Assembly: GCA_040285745.1 (NCBI GenBank)
Contig: JAUFOR010000003.1
Span: forward strand, 1,054,001-1,118,000
Length of the DNA stretch: 64,000 nt
Source: Barthelona sp. PCE
Lineage: Eukaryota
Reading direction: 5' to 3'
Notes under the pieces: generated by a model
The model's database searches: none
Told to the model about the DNA's origin: nothing
The model's input: the letters and a program-made list of their open reading frames with translations, nothing else
Part shown: positions 20,537 through 31,500 of the stretch, one piece after another
How the letters are laid out: every line of letters starts with the position of its first letter
How positions within the stretch are numbered: position 1 is the stretch's first letter
Program-made: the position numbers and the translations under genes

Positions 20537-22138
20537 TTAGAAACCCAAACTTTCAACACTGTTAATGATGGATATCTCCAGTTCCTCCTCATGGGATTCA
20601 ATCTTTTCATCAATCCCGGGAAGAAACGGGTCAATGAGTTTAGCCTGCATGAACCAGTCATGGGCACTCTTTTCATCACCACTCAACGAGCAGAAACTTC
20701 CAATGTCATAGCACACATTTGCATACATCGCATATGGAATTAGGGCCTTGATGGCTGATGTATAGTCTCTGTTGAAAGCATGTAGACGTGCCTGGCAAAT
20801 TGCAATGTTATGTTCCACATCCCTTGATACTCCAGTTAAAGGCGGCTCATTCATCATGCTAAAATCGTTATATATGCGATCTAGGTGGTTCTTACGTGTC
20901 TGTAAACTCTCCAACAGAGAATCGTGACTCTCACTGTTCATTTTTTGTTTCATGTGTACTTTAGCACGCAGCGTGTATGCGCTGACCACCAACGATCCGG
21001 GGTATCTGACCGTCATCTTTTGCCTGCCCAACTTGTATGCAGCGGCATGCTTACCGTCTTTTAACAGACACCGCAGTCTCTCAAAAACAATGTATGGGTG
21101 TTCATACAGTGGGCTTGGCTGACTTCGCAGCAACTCATCAAGTTTCTCAACGCATTTCTGGCCGCGGTAATCACGCATTTCCAATATTATAGGGACAACA
21201 CCTGTTGGCTTACGAATCTCATCCATATTTACGGCGCCATCTTTTAACGTCATCAGAAAAATGAGTATTGCAATAGCAGTTTGGTTACTCTCTTTATCTG
21301 CCTCCGCCCATAGCGATATATGGCGTTCATTGGGAACCAACTTGCTTGCTAGAAAGAAAAAATCCATTCTATGAATAAAGTGGGGATAATGAGAAATGAT
21401 TAGTTTGTATAAGAACTCAGAAGCTTCCAAATCACCAACAAGACCCATGTTTTCTGCACATTCAACCACATAATAAGGATTGAAAATATCAGTGGAAGTC
21501 ACTGAAAAGAACTTCTTGCGGATTGCGAAATATAGCAATTGTAACGTGGCTCTTCCATACTCTCCTTCAGCCCTGTATACGCACGAGTCATATACTTTGC
21601 TTAAATACTCTGAACCTCCACCATTATTCTCAGACTTCAACTCCTCAATCAATGATTTATACTCTTCCAACTCTCCTTTGGTTTCAATTGTGTTGCCTAG
21701 CTTCTTGAGTGCCTCAAATGCCATGGGCACCGTTTTAACAATCGTTTTGAGAATTTCTTTATACCTTCTTTGACTCCACACAATATCTGTGCATTCTTCC
21801 ATGGCCTTTGAAAAGCATCGAAGCGTGTTTACGTGCATTTCCTCCGTCTTCAGAGTGCCCAACTCGCTCTTCATCTGCCTATAGCGCTTTAAACGATAAA
21901 GAGCTTCAATAAATAAAGAATAGAAATATGCATCCGAAGATAGGGTGTCTTTCACCTTATCCCACACGTCAACAACCATCCCTGGCATGCCCATGTTGAA
22001 ATATGATTCAAAAAGAATACTACAAACAGTATCGAAATGCTCATCACTTCTTTTAGCAGTTACCAGGTATGTGAATGCTAAGCTGCTTGCCTCGTCAAAC
22101 ATACGGGCTTCGAATAAGTGACCTATAACATCTATCAT
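20537..22138 (-). CDS. TPR protein, APC7-like subunit of the anaphase-promoting complex
   Basis: N-terminal MIDVIGHLFEARMFDEASSLA, YKEILKTIVKTVPMAFEAL and C-terminal FMQAKLIDP...GIDEKIE resemble APC7; size fits. Confidence 0.5.
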   Translation of the reverse strand: MIDVIGHLFEARMFDEASSLAFTYLVTAKRSDEHFDTVCSILFESYFNMGMPGMVVDVWDKVKDTLSSDAYFYSLFIEALYRLKRYRQMKSELGTLKTEEMHVNTLRCFSKAMEECTDIVWSQRRYKEILKTIVKTVPMAFEALKKLGNTIETKGELEEYKSLIEELKSENNGGGSEYLSKVYDSCVYRAEGEYGRATLQLLYFAIRKKFFSVTSTDIFNPYYVVECAENMGLVGDLEASEFLYKLIISHYPHFIHRMDFFFLASKLVPNERHISLWAEADKESNQTAIAILIFLMTLKDGAVNMDEIRKPTGVVPIILEMRDYRGQKCVEKLDELLRSQPSPLYEHPYIVFERLRCLLKDGKHAAAYKLGRQKMTVRYPGSLVVSAYTLRAKVHMKQKMNSESHDSLLESLQTRKNHLDRIYNDFSMMNEPPLTGVSRDVEHNIAICQARLHAFNRDYTSAIKALIPYAMYANVCYDIGSFCSLSGDEKSAHDWFMQAKLIDPFLPGIDEKIESHEEELEISIINSVESLGF

Positions 22139-22185
22139 GACCCAATTAAGTAAAAAGACGTATTACATTCTTCATCCTTTACAAA

Positions 22186-23244
22186 ATGGATATTGAGAGG
22201 GTACTGCACATGCATGGGCTTGTTATGGCGCTCAAAGCGCTTAAACGAACTGGATACATGAATCGAAACGTAAGTAATTGTGAGACAGTTGCTTCTCACT
22301 CAGTAGGCACTGGTTTGTTAGCTCTTCTTCTTCCCGTACCAGCTAACATTGCTCACGAGCGACTCATTCAAATGGCCGTTCTCCACGATTACGTTGAATC
22401 TGTCACGGGAGATTTGACACCGTCACATCCTCAGTATGACTCAAAGCATCACGAAGAAATAGCTGCTGCTGAACGAATATTTGCCACGGAGCCACACCTG
22501 TCCCAGCTTATCCGCGAGTATGAGGAGCAGAGCTCGTTTGAAGCGAAACATTTGAAAAAATTAGATAAGATAGAGATGATGCTGACAGCCTTGTGGTATG
22601 AGAAGGAACAAGGTGTTGATCTTTCTGACCTGTTCGGGGAGAACACATTTGCTCCTCTCAATGATTGCCCGTTCTATGAAGATATCGGAACGAAGTTATT
22701 GGCTATACATAACGGAGAGATGAGCATTGATGATATGACACTTACTCGAGATTGGAGGCATATAATGACCCTTAAATCCATGCCAAGGCTGGGGTGGGGA
22801 GACAGAGAGACCATCTTGGAGCATACTTTTGGAGTTTGCTTCTGGACCACAGTTCTGCGACCGAGCAACATTGATGTTATGACAGCAGTACGTTTTGCAC
22901 TTGTTCATGATCTTGCAGAGGCCTTCACAGGCGACATTCATCCAGACAAAAAGTCTACATCACTGGAAGCAGAGGAGGATGAGTTCATGTCTAGCATTTT
23001 TGATGGAGTTTTCAGTCCTGTTTGGGCAGAATATCAGAGTCCACCGTGGATCTCTGCAAAGAACTGGGTATTCCAATGCGACAAGCTCGATATGCATCTG
23101 ACGGGGCATTTTTATAACAATGAAGAGGGAAGTTCGGAAAAATATGAATGGATATATAATTCAAAACAACAGTCTGTTTATTCGAGCGAATCAGTGTTCA
23201 GCGAGCTTGCATTCATGTCTGATTTTTTCATTAACTCCAATTAA
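22186..23244 (+). CDS. Tandem HD-domain 5'-deoxynucleotidase (HDDC2/YGK1-like, two domains)
   Basis: Domain 1: LKRTGY, ETVASHS, LHDYVE..TGDLTP, LDKIEM. Domain 2: MPRLGW, ETILEHT, VHDLAE..TGDIHP, CDKLDM. Confidence 0.9.
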   Translation: MDIERVLHMHGLVMALKALKRTGYMNRNVSNCETVASHSVGTGLLALLLPVPANIAHERLIQMAVLHDYVESVTGDLTPSHPQYDSKHHEEIAAAERIFATEPHLSQLIREYEEQSSFEAKHLKKLDKIEMMLTALWYEKEQGVDLSDLFGENTFAPLNDCPFYEDIGTKLLAIHNGEMSIDDMTLTRDWRHIMTLKSMPRLGWGDRETILEHTFGVCFWTTVLRPSNIDVMTAVRFALVHDLAEAFTGDIHPDKKSTSLEAEEDEFMSSIFDGVFSPVWAEYQSPPWISAKNWVFQCDKLDMHLTGHFYNNEEGSSEKYEWIYNSKQQSVYSSESVFSELAFMSDFFINSN

Positions 23245-23270
23245 CCAGCAATTAAAATTAATCAAATTCG

Positions 23271-24212
23271 TTAATTAAAGTCTGTTTCATCATCAGAATT
23301 AAATTCACTGTTCTCAGTACGAGAAAATTTGAATAAATTATCTAGCTCTGTTTGCTCTGTAGTCCTTTGACTGGATGTTCTAGACTTCATTATCGTCATA
23401 TCTTCTTCCAAACCACTATCATCAAACTTGAATCGAGATCTTGAACTGGTATGTGGTGTTGTTACCGTTGTTGCAGTAGGGATGGTTGTAGTGCTCGTTT
23501 CATCGGGAACATATGACACATCATGGCTTTCACTTGTATTTTGATTAAAAACAGCGTCATTAGATGAGCTGATTGTGTTTTGATTATACACAACATTAAA
23601 AGCGCTGTTCTTATTGGTGATTTGATTTCTATTTATATCATTCAGTATATTAAACTTATCAAGCTCAGATATAAGCACCTCAAACATATGTCTGAAAATA
23701 TTAAGCTCAAAAACTGTAATATTATTTAAAACAAAACCTTGACGCTGTTCAAAAATATCCGGCATAATATTCTGTACAATCTTTTTCCTTATCCTATATA
23801 ACTGATCGAGTAGTGATTGTATCTGTTTTAGAACTGGTTCATCGATTTCATCAGAAAAATTCTTCAACATAATAACACTTGATTCAAAAAAGTGTTGTGA
23901 TGGTAGTTCGAGTAATACTCCATCTTCATTCGACTCGTGGTCGAGCTGCCGTTTGACTAAATCGGTCAGCATCTCTATACTAAGGTAAACTGGCAACTGA
24001 AGTGTGCAAAGGTTTCTTTTTTTGAATTCTAATGCAACCCATAACGGTACTTCAACTGGTATGTGCGGTTGAAGAGGCCCAAAGTTGCCAGAAAGAAGAT
24101 TAAACGTAGGGCCGAAAGGATGAAATTCATTTTGCGGTGGAATTACAAATTTTGGTACAATGAAGACGGTACTGTTGCCCCCTATAAACAGGAAGTCCTC
24201 CTGGTCCAACAT
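23271..24212 (-). CDS. GINS2: GINS complex subunit Psf2 with low-complexity C-terminal extension
   Basis: FGPLQPHIPVEVPLWVALEFKKRNLC..P.YL, ELPSQHFFE, NNITVFELNIFR; first ATG at 24212. Confidence 0.9.
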   Translation of the reverse strand: MLDQEDFLFIGGNSTVFIVPKFVIPPQNEFHPFGPTFNLLSGNFGPLQPHIPVEVPLWVALEFKKRNLCTLQLPVYLSIEMLTDLVKRQLDHESNEDGVLLELPSQHFFESSVIMLKNFSDEIDEPVLKQIQSLLDQLYRIRKKIVQNIMPDIFEQRQGFVLNNITVFELNIFRHMFEVLISELDKFNILNDINRNQITNKNSAFNVVYNQNTISSSNDAVFNQNTSESHDVSYVPDETSTTTIPTATTVTTPHTSSRSRFKFDDSGLEEDMTIMKSRTSSQRTTEQTELDNLFKFSRTENSEFNSDDETDFN

Positions 24213-24510
24213 ATTAATGAATGTGGGTGAATGAAGTTGAGAATGGTAACACAAACGTTGGGTGATGTAGTTAATCTTCAATGGTGTGTTTCATCCTGTA
24301 TCTGGCGTTTTTTGTGGAATTATCAGATGTGTACTGTATTTCTTCTTGAATTCAAACTTTCCGAAAAGCCGGGGAGTGATTCCAACATTTTTGCTGGATT
24401 ATGATAAGCTACATGATCGTTGAGCACGTATCACACTGAATGGTGGACTTGTTGATAGTATCAAAAGATATTGTGCTTGTAATTCAAATTCCACCCTTTC
24501 TCTTCAAAAA

Positions 24511-25173
24511 GTGAATTCATTTGTTTTTTTTGGCTCATTTCTTCTTTGCCTATCAGTTTCTCTTGCATGTGAACCTCTTCATAAAGAGAACAAAACAGTG
24601 ATTATGGATCCCTTAGATAAAGCTTGTCTTTCAATATCAGAGTTGGAAAAGGATTCCACTTACAGGTTTACCTTCATAAACCCCAATTCGACCTTCATAA
24701 CCCTCGTAAAATTTACTGAATTTGATGTTGATCAGAAAGGAGACGCAATATCGTTTGACTCTGATCAGTGCAGCATTGATTCAGATTACGTTACCTGGGT
24801 ACCTTCAAAGCGTCTTTGTGGTAGGATTGATTCCTTTGGTCTGTATATAGTCGGAGAACATCCAGTAATTTTGTACCATACTCGCGTTGGTCAGTCAAAA
24901 TTTAATTTGAGATATGAAACAGTTCTAAATACATCAATGACAGCTTGTAGTGGGGGGTTATGTTACAACGGTTACATGTATCACTCTCATTCAAATTTCA
25001 ATAGTTTGATTGCCAGCATTGTTGATCAACATATTAAATTTATATTTATTGTTATTGGTCTTGTTATTGCCGCTGTCATTTTGACCACCGTGCCTTTGAT
25101 ATATTATACCTACTGTAATAAGAAGAATAAGGTTGTGAAACAGAGTGCATCAGAAGAGTTCGATGTAGTCTAG
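24511..25173 (+). CDS. Type I membrane protein (signal peptide, Cys-containing ectodomain, one TM helix); probable GTG start
   Basis: Hydrophobic N-terminus (NSFVFFGSFLLCLSVSLAC), TM segment followed by KKNK; no in-frame ATG before codon 32. Confidence 0.7.
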   Translation: MNSFVFFGSFLLCLSVSLACEPLHKENKTVIMDPLDKACLSISELEKDSTYRFTFINPNSTFITLVKFTEFDVDQKGDAISFDSDQCSIDSDYVTWVPSKRLCGRIDSFGLYIVGEHPVILYHTRVGQSKFNLRYETVLNTSMTACSGGLCYNGYMYHSHSNFNSLIASIVDQHIKFIFIVIGLVIAAVILTTVPLIYYTYCNKKNKVVKQSASEEFDVV

Positions 25174-25293
25174 CATCCATCAAGCTATTGTTAATAAAAA
25201 ATAATTATTGTTCTTTACTTGTCAGGATACATTCATAAGCATCAACGGATATAAGATCTCCAACATATTGTCTTTAATTTTCTCAAAATACAG

Positions 25294-27006
25294 TTAACCA
25301 ACGATCTTTTCTTCCCTGATTTTATCCAGGTTAAATGCCCGCTCGGCAGCTGTTGTTGTTGCGTTTGGGAAAACTGCATTATTCCTTGTTATTGAATTAG
25401 CTAGTATCTCTTTTGGTTTCAACACCTCTGTTGTATCGTTCAAATTCAATCGAGGCACCTCATCTTTGTACATTATGCTGATGTTATCGTCTGTTAATCC
25501 CAGAACAGACTCCTCACTGCTCACAGAATCGGGACGCATCACAATGGGTGATCGTGTATCCTTGTCAACGGTTCTTGCTGTTACTGGAGCTGAAAAAGAA
25601 GCCATCGATTGCATACCAGGGGCACCTCGGGCACTGAGAGCTTCCTCCAGCTCATCCTTATCTGCTTTTCTGCGCAATCCTATGCGGACCGAAGATTGGA
25701 GGCCTGCAATACGTGTGGACAACACGCTTTGATCTTTCTGCAGCTGCGTTGTCTTGTCTATGAGCTGTATTTCGATATCCTGCTGGGTTGCGAGAGAGTG
25801 ATTGAGCAACGTATTAGTATCGTTGAGATCCACCGACAGGGAATTCAGAGTACGCATGCTTTCCTGCAACACACGCTGCTGCCTTGCCAGGATCTCCGCG
25901 CTTGATGATTGCTGTTTATGCGAACCTTCAATGGCAATGTTAGCCTTTGCTAATCCCTGTTGCAGCATTGTGAGTTGGTCATCCATCTGTGTCTTTTGCA
26001 TCGTTATAGTTTCGCTGGTTGCCTTCTGCATGTCAAGTAACGAGTTCCTGATAATTGAAATCTGAGAATTGATCATTGCGGTCGTGTTCTCAAGGTTCTT
26101 GCTTGTCTTTATGGAATCCAAGGTGGAAGTCGTCAGATCAGACTGCAGCACAGATACGTGCGATCTCATGCCATTCATAGCCATGTTTAGCTGCTTGATT
26201 GAGTGCTTTATGTCAGCCTCGAAATTTTTCAATGATTTACCTACAATTTCATCAGCAGAAGCTCTTAGTACATTCTCCAGGTCCATAACAATTTGCTCTA
26301 CATGCCCGGCCTTCTGCTCAGTGGAATTAATCTTAACAGTTTGGGCAATAATATCCGCTTCTAAATTCCTCACTGTTTGACTGACTTGCTGGCTGGTATC
26401 AACAACAGAACTGAATTGCTTTTTGAGCTCTTCCACACCACCGTGCATTGATGTGAATTTTGTTAAAAGAGGTGTAACAGTGGATAATTCTCTGAATAAA
26501 TCATGACGAAGCGCTCGTAGTCTCCAGTCTATCTCAGCCAACATTTCTTCACGCAGTTGTGTCATCTCTGACCCAAAGTGCGCCTCAACGCCAATTACAC
26601 GGTTCTCAAAACGTTCTTCTACAGCATTGATAGCTTGTGTTGCTTCCTTATCAATTAGTTTGCGGAGAGTGTTATCTAGGTTTTCTACGGTTGTTTCGAA
26701 CAGAGAGTGGAGGTTTGCCTCGACAAATGAAACCTTTCCTTCAATATATCGGCGCAAATCCTCTTCAGTAGAAAGACTTGCAGCACGCAGACTTTGCAGT
26801 TCGCTTCCAAAGTTGTCCTTGTCTGTCTTCTCAGCAAGCCCCTCTACAACATCTCTAATGTATGCTTTGCGTTGTAGCTCAATGTGAAGCGATTTTGTTT
26901 CATCTTGAAGCCCCGTTACCTGTTCAGACAGGCTCTGCAGCTTTAACTTGAGCGATTCTGGCGCCTGAAAGTCCAGGTCATTTGCGCTAAAGGATACTGC
27001 GGACAT
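25294..27006 (-). CDS. Coiled-coil protein (570 aa)
   Basis: Long heptad ORF with RKAY/KTDK/RKADK repeats-like motifs; no family assigned. Confidence 0.8.
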   Translation of the reverse strand: MSAVSFSANDLDFQAPESLKLKLQSLSEQVTGLQDETKSLHIELQRKAYIRDVVEGLAEKTDKDNFGSELQSLRAASLSTEEDLRRYIEGKVSFVEANLHSLFETTVENLDNTLRKLIDKEATQAINAVEERFENRVIGVEAHFGSEMTQLREEMLAEIDWRLRALRHDLFRELSTVTPLLTKFTSMHGGVEELKKQFSSVVDTSQQVSQTVRNLEADIIAQTVKINSTEQKAGHVEQIVMDLENVLRASADEIVGKSLKNFEADIKHSIKQLNMAMNGMRSHVSVLQSDLTTSTLDSIKTSKNLENTTAMINSQISIIRNSLLDMQKATSETITMQKTQMDDQLTMLQQGLAKANIAIEGSHKQQSSSAEILARQQRVLQESMRTLNSLSVDLNDTNTLLNHSLATQQDIEIQLIDKTTQLQKDQSVLSTRIAGLQSSVRIGLRRKADKDELEEALSARGAPGMQSMASFSAPVTARTVDKDTRSPIVMRPDSVSSEESVLGLTDDNISIMYKDEVPRLNLNDTTEVLKPKEILANSITRNNAVFPNATTTAAERAFNLDKIREEKIVG

Positions 27007-27176
27007 GATTATGGATGTTTATGCTATAACAGTTTTTTCATTTTTAAAAGCATGCTAAGTGGCGTAAAGTTATAGGTGGACAGCACCTGCGCTTTTGATA
27101 AGTAAAAAACAAAGGTTCTTACTTCCTAATTTACCACTTTATACATTCTTTTTAAGGAGCACTTATCTACACTCCA

Positions 27177-28511
27177 ATGGGCAAAAAAGGAAAGGGACAA
27201 ACCGTTATGAGGTTGAAGCTTGTTGAAAGAGACTTTGACGATCCGCAATATTTGGTTGAGGGCGCTTCACGTTATGTTTTAGTACCAGAGGGCACAGACG
27301 ATCATCTTCCAGAGCTCCTAAGAGATTCAGTGCATAAAAAATCCCGAGCACAGCGTCGTTTCGAGAAATTGCAGCGTGAAATGGAGGATGAGTTACGCAA
27401 TGGAGAATTTGACCCTGCGTTCCACTCAATGGCTGATATGACCGACGAATTCGTGACGCTTCCTGCACCAGGTGTGGATGATATCAAGAAACAGGCTGAA
27501 GATTTATTCGGAGAAGAAGTTGCTAAAGAAGTTCTCGTTCAGCAGCTTACAAGCAGCAAAGCGGTCCACAACCAACAAGTAGCGGATCTAGACGAAGATC
27601 CGGACCGCCTTGATGAAGAGTTGAAGGAATACCTCTACAATGAAGACGTAGAAATTTTGACAGATGATGAGCTTGATGATGATTTCATACAGGCATTGAT
27701 TGCAGGCGAGCTGGGCACTGACGACGAAGAGGAAGATGACATGTGGGTGTCCAAAGGACCGAGCAAACTTGATGCACTCTGTTTTGATGTTCCTGATGAG
27801 TTACTTTTGGAAGCAATTGAAAACGACGGAAAACTTGATTTAAACAGTGGAATCCTCGCCCAACAGATCCAAAACGCTCTGAACGACTTTGATATCGACG
27901 ATGATGAAATGCCAATGAATATTCTGGATATTAATGATCTTGCAGACGCTGGCATGTTCGAGGAAATCATTCAGAACAAGGATAAGATTCTCTTTGGAAG
28001 CGGTGCCAAGAAAGACGCAGATGTTTACGAGGTACACGACTACGTGGCACATGAGAGTGAGGATGAAGAAGAAATCGATAGGAAATTGGATGCTATGCAA
28101 CAACCGAGGGTGATAGCGATGGACCTTGAAACCGTGCAAACGATGCGCAGTGGTGTGTACAATGCACCCGTCAAGATTGCAGCGCCAGTCATTAAGTTAT
28201 CAAAGAAGACCGGCATGACGCTTGACTTTATAGAGAAAACGAAACGACCCACGCTTGTTGTTGACGAAAGCGACGACGAAGACGAAGAGCTATTCACAGT
28301 TAGCGAGGCTGAACTGATGATTCGTGCGGAGTCAGAAGGCCTTAAGTCTCTATCAAAGCCTGAAAAGAAACGTCACAAGAATCTGGTAAAGAGGCAAAGA
28401 GCCCACCGCCGTCAACAAAAGTCAAAGATGAGGCAGATGGTGAAGGAGAGAACGCAGCAGCAGAAGAGATCCAGCGCCCACAGAATGCCTTCACAGAAAA
28501 ATCTGAGTTAA
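27177..28511 (+). CDS. LTV1: LTV1 40S ribosome biogenesis factor
   Basis: LVERDFDDP N-motif, LDDDFIQA, DLETVQTMRSGVYNAPVKI, IKLSKKTG and EKKRHKNLVK...RRQQK tail. Confidence 0.85.
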   Translation: MGKKGKGQTVMRLKLVERDFDDPQYLVEGASRYVLVPEGTDDHLPELLRDSVHKKSRAQRRFEKLQREMEDELRNGEFDPAFHSMADMTDEFVTLPAPGVDDIKKQAEDLFGEEVAKEVLVQQLTSSKAVHNQQVADLDEDPDRLDEELKEYLYNEDVEILTDDELDDDFIQALIAGELGTDDEEEDDMWVSKGPSKLDALCFDVPDELLLEAIENDGKLDLNSGILAQQIQNALNDFDIDDDEMPMNILDINDLADAGMFEEIIQNKDKILFGSGAKKDADVYEVHDYVAHESEDEEEIDRKLDAMQQPRVIAMDLETVQTMRSGVYNAPVKIAAPVIKLSKKTGMTLDFIEKTKRPTLVVDESDDEDEELFTVSEAELMIRAESEGLKSLSKPEKKRHKNLVKRQRAHRRQQKSKMRQMVKERTQQQKRSSAHRMPSQKNLS

Positions 28512-28537
28512 AGGGGATGAATAAATCTAATAATTCT

Positions 28538-31500
28538 TTACATGAGCAACCCTTCAACGTCCAGATCCTTTGGTGGCTCAGGGTTGTTGTTAATGGTCTT
28601 GAATATCTTTTCAAACCACTCATCTAATTCTTCTTCGTTGTCCAACGATAGCGGGAATACTCGAAGATTAGGTATTACTAGCTCGATCACGTTATCCGAC
28701 ATGTACCTATCCTGTGCGGTGGCATTCGATAGTAACCTTACTGAGTGACCAAGAAAGCGGGAAAGATATATACGTTTGATGGGTTCAGTTTTCTGCGTCT
28801 CGCTCCATGTGATGATACCGTTTTTCAAGGACAACCATCGCCTTTTCCATCGCTGAAAGACAAAGAAACCTCCTCTCTTATCTATCCAACCCTCCTTTTC
28901 TGGCAACGTCGGTGCTTTCTTGACTACAACCTTGGGCGTGTCAGGCACGTCTTCCTCCTCGAACTTTGCATGCTTGTTAACATCTGCATGCACCGTCATC
29001 TGTTCTGCGATCTCACTGGTCTTTACCGGTGCCAGGATGAGGTCAGCCTTGCGCCCAATCTCAATCAGATGCTCGTCTTCACCACAGATTAGCGCAATAA
29101 GTTGGTATATGCGGTCCTTGTACTGTATATCATCGACGAGAGCCTTGAACAAGGCGCACAGATGCTGAAGTAAGGGTTCTATTTCTTCCATCCTGTATAA
29201 ACTGTTCATACGATATATGATATCCTCAACAACATTGAAGTAGTCCTCCATCTTGCTGACAGACATGCCCAAAACCCACGTATTGAACTGAAGAGCATCA
29301 AAAATCCACTTGAAGAGCTCGTCGTCACCCTTACACAGGGACGGCATCCGTTTGGACGCCATGACATACATAGCGTACAGACACTTGATCTGGGGCACCT
29401 CCAACACTGTTTTGAGCGAAATATTCATGAGTTCCATTATTTCAAAGAGAGATGTGACTGAGAGTGAACATCCTTCCGGTGGTTGGATGATGAGCAGCGC
29501 TATGAAAAGTAAGACTGCACTTGCTTCGTCTGCATTGATACTCTGCTCTGTTCTAGCGAAGAATTTAACATCCTCAAGAACCAAGCTTGCAAAATTCATC
29601 ATTGTTGGGTCAATGTTGGCCAAATCAACCTCCTCCAGCACGTGGCACGTCTTGGATACGTAGGCATTGGCGAATTGTGTCTTTGTCATAAGTTCTTCAA
29701 ACTTCTTTGAACAAAATTTGTGGAGAACAGATGCTATTTCAACAAATTCTTTGTTTTCGTACGTTTCAATCAAATAAACATATCGTTTAAAGAACTTCAA
29801 CCCATTTAGCAGACGAACATCACATGCTTCAACGATTATATCTGAAATGGTATCGTTGAATTTGTGGTGGGCGAAAAACATATCTACAATGGTTGGCATG
29901 ATTGGTTTAAGGGATCTGGGACTTGAATACGCGATAGAAACAGCAATGGAGAGGAGGAAATACGTACATTCTTCAATAACTTTTCCATCAGCAAGTTCAA
30001 CACAGTTAAAATCATTAACGAGGTTGAACAAACACCTGTATTCTTCCATATTATCGACGATTAGCTTCCTGTTATCAAGAGAAAACTTATAGAAACCCTC
30101 AGATGCTAAAAACAGATGATTGATCGGAGACTTATGAGAAAGTCCGTTGACAAAAGTAAGAAAATCACAGAAAATTGCCATAATCTCAGCACGAGCACGT
30201 GTTCCCAACCCAGACAACCTCTCACTGTCAAATTCAGGAATGTGCTCAAGGTCAAGGTTCAGTCGTTGTCCAATCTGTAACAACAGTCTTTTACCCGCCT
30301 CACCAACAACGTTATAAAGGTCCTTTAGAATCGAAAGTGGGCTGGGGGACTTGACAGACTGTCGCTGCACCTCAGTAAGAGATGGCAGAGCGACGGTGAT
30401 TGACTTTGCGAATTCTTGCTCAAAAAACTTTTCGTTAATACCAAGCCTATAAAAGAGTTTAATTCTGTTTGTATCTCTCTTTCCAGTGAGGAAATCCAGC
30501 ACAAGCTGAGGATAAACAATGGGGATTAACTTTGTTTCAATACGCGAATGTGGCAGCGTATCATCAAGGAAAATCTCATAGTAGGGATCATCGTTTGAGA
30601 TCGCCTGCTTAAGAAGGTACCTACTGGCCCGTTCAATGAATGGTGTTCCAACGGATAAAAACATACCAGGTGTATTAGGTGAAGTAATAGCAAAAACAAT
30701 AAGGAGCAGGCACGGTGAAAGGTCTTCCTGCGTCAGTCGGTCCCAAAGCTTGATCATCTGGCTTGGGTTGACCTTGATAGACTCTGGTTCCATGATGAGA
30801 AGGACATCCAGCAACGATAGAAGCTGATCAATAGTTGCAACAACGGAAAGCGGTAAAAAATACACATGGAAGACATCAGGATCAACGAGGAGCTCGAGGA
30901 ACGTCTGGAAACGGAAGAAAAGTCGGCTATCAAACTTCTTATATCCTATCGATACACCAGTTGTGATGAAATCAATCACAGCAGCAGGAAGACATGAATC
31001 GTTGGGGATGTTCTCAAGAATCTGGTCGGTAACATGTTCTATAATAGTATCTGCTTGAGCGATTAAAGTTGTGTATTTAGCCAACGTTGAAGAGAACAAT
31101 ATTGTGGATATAAGTGCTATAACTTCTGTTTCTAAAGCTGGGAAGGTATTAATGAGAAACCCCAATAGCCATAAATAAATACTCATTTCAAAGGAGGATG
31201 TTTGAAAAAAAAATGAATCTTGGAAAATTCGTGCAAAACTTAACAAAATACGTCTATCAACCATTGTCAGGTCCAGCTCCGACACGTTCTTCAGATTAAG
31301 ATTCTCAGAAACCACAACAAGAGCTGAAATAAGTTTTCCTTTGAATTCTTTGAGTTCAACGCTATCTGTAATCAACTTGAATGCTTTTTCAAACGTTAGG
31401 TTGGTGTCTATATACTTGCTTGGACATTCTAATCGGTCCCATGCTGTTCGCTTCAACGATGTATTAATAAAAGCATCAGAAGATTCAAGGACAAACTCTT

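Noticed and set aside
24395-24445. Possible box C/D snoRNA (ATGATA...CTGA)
   Set aside because: Imperfect C box, no convincing terminal stem and no recognisable rRNA guide.
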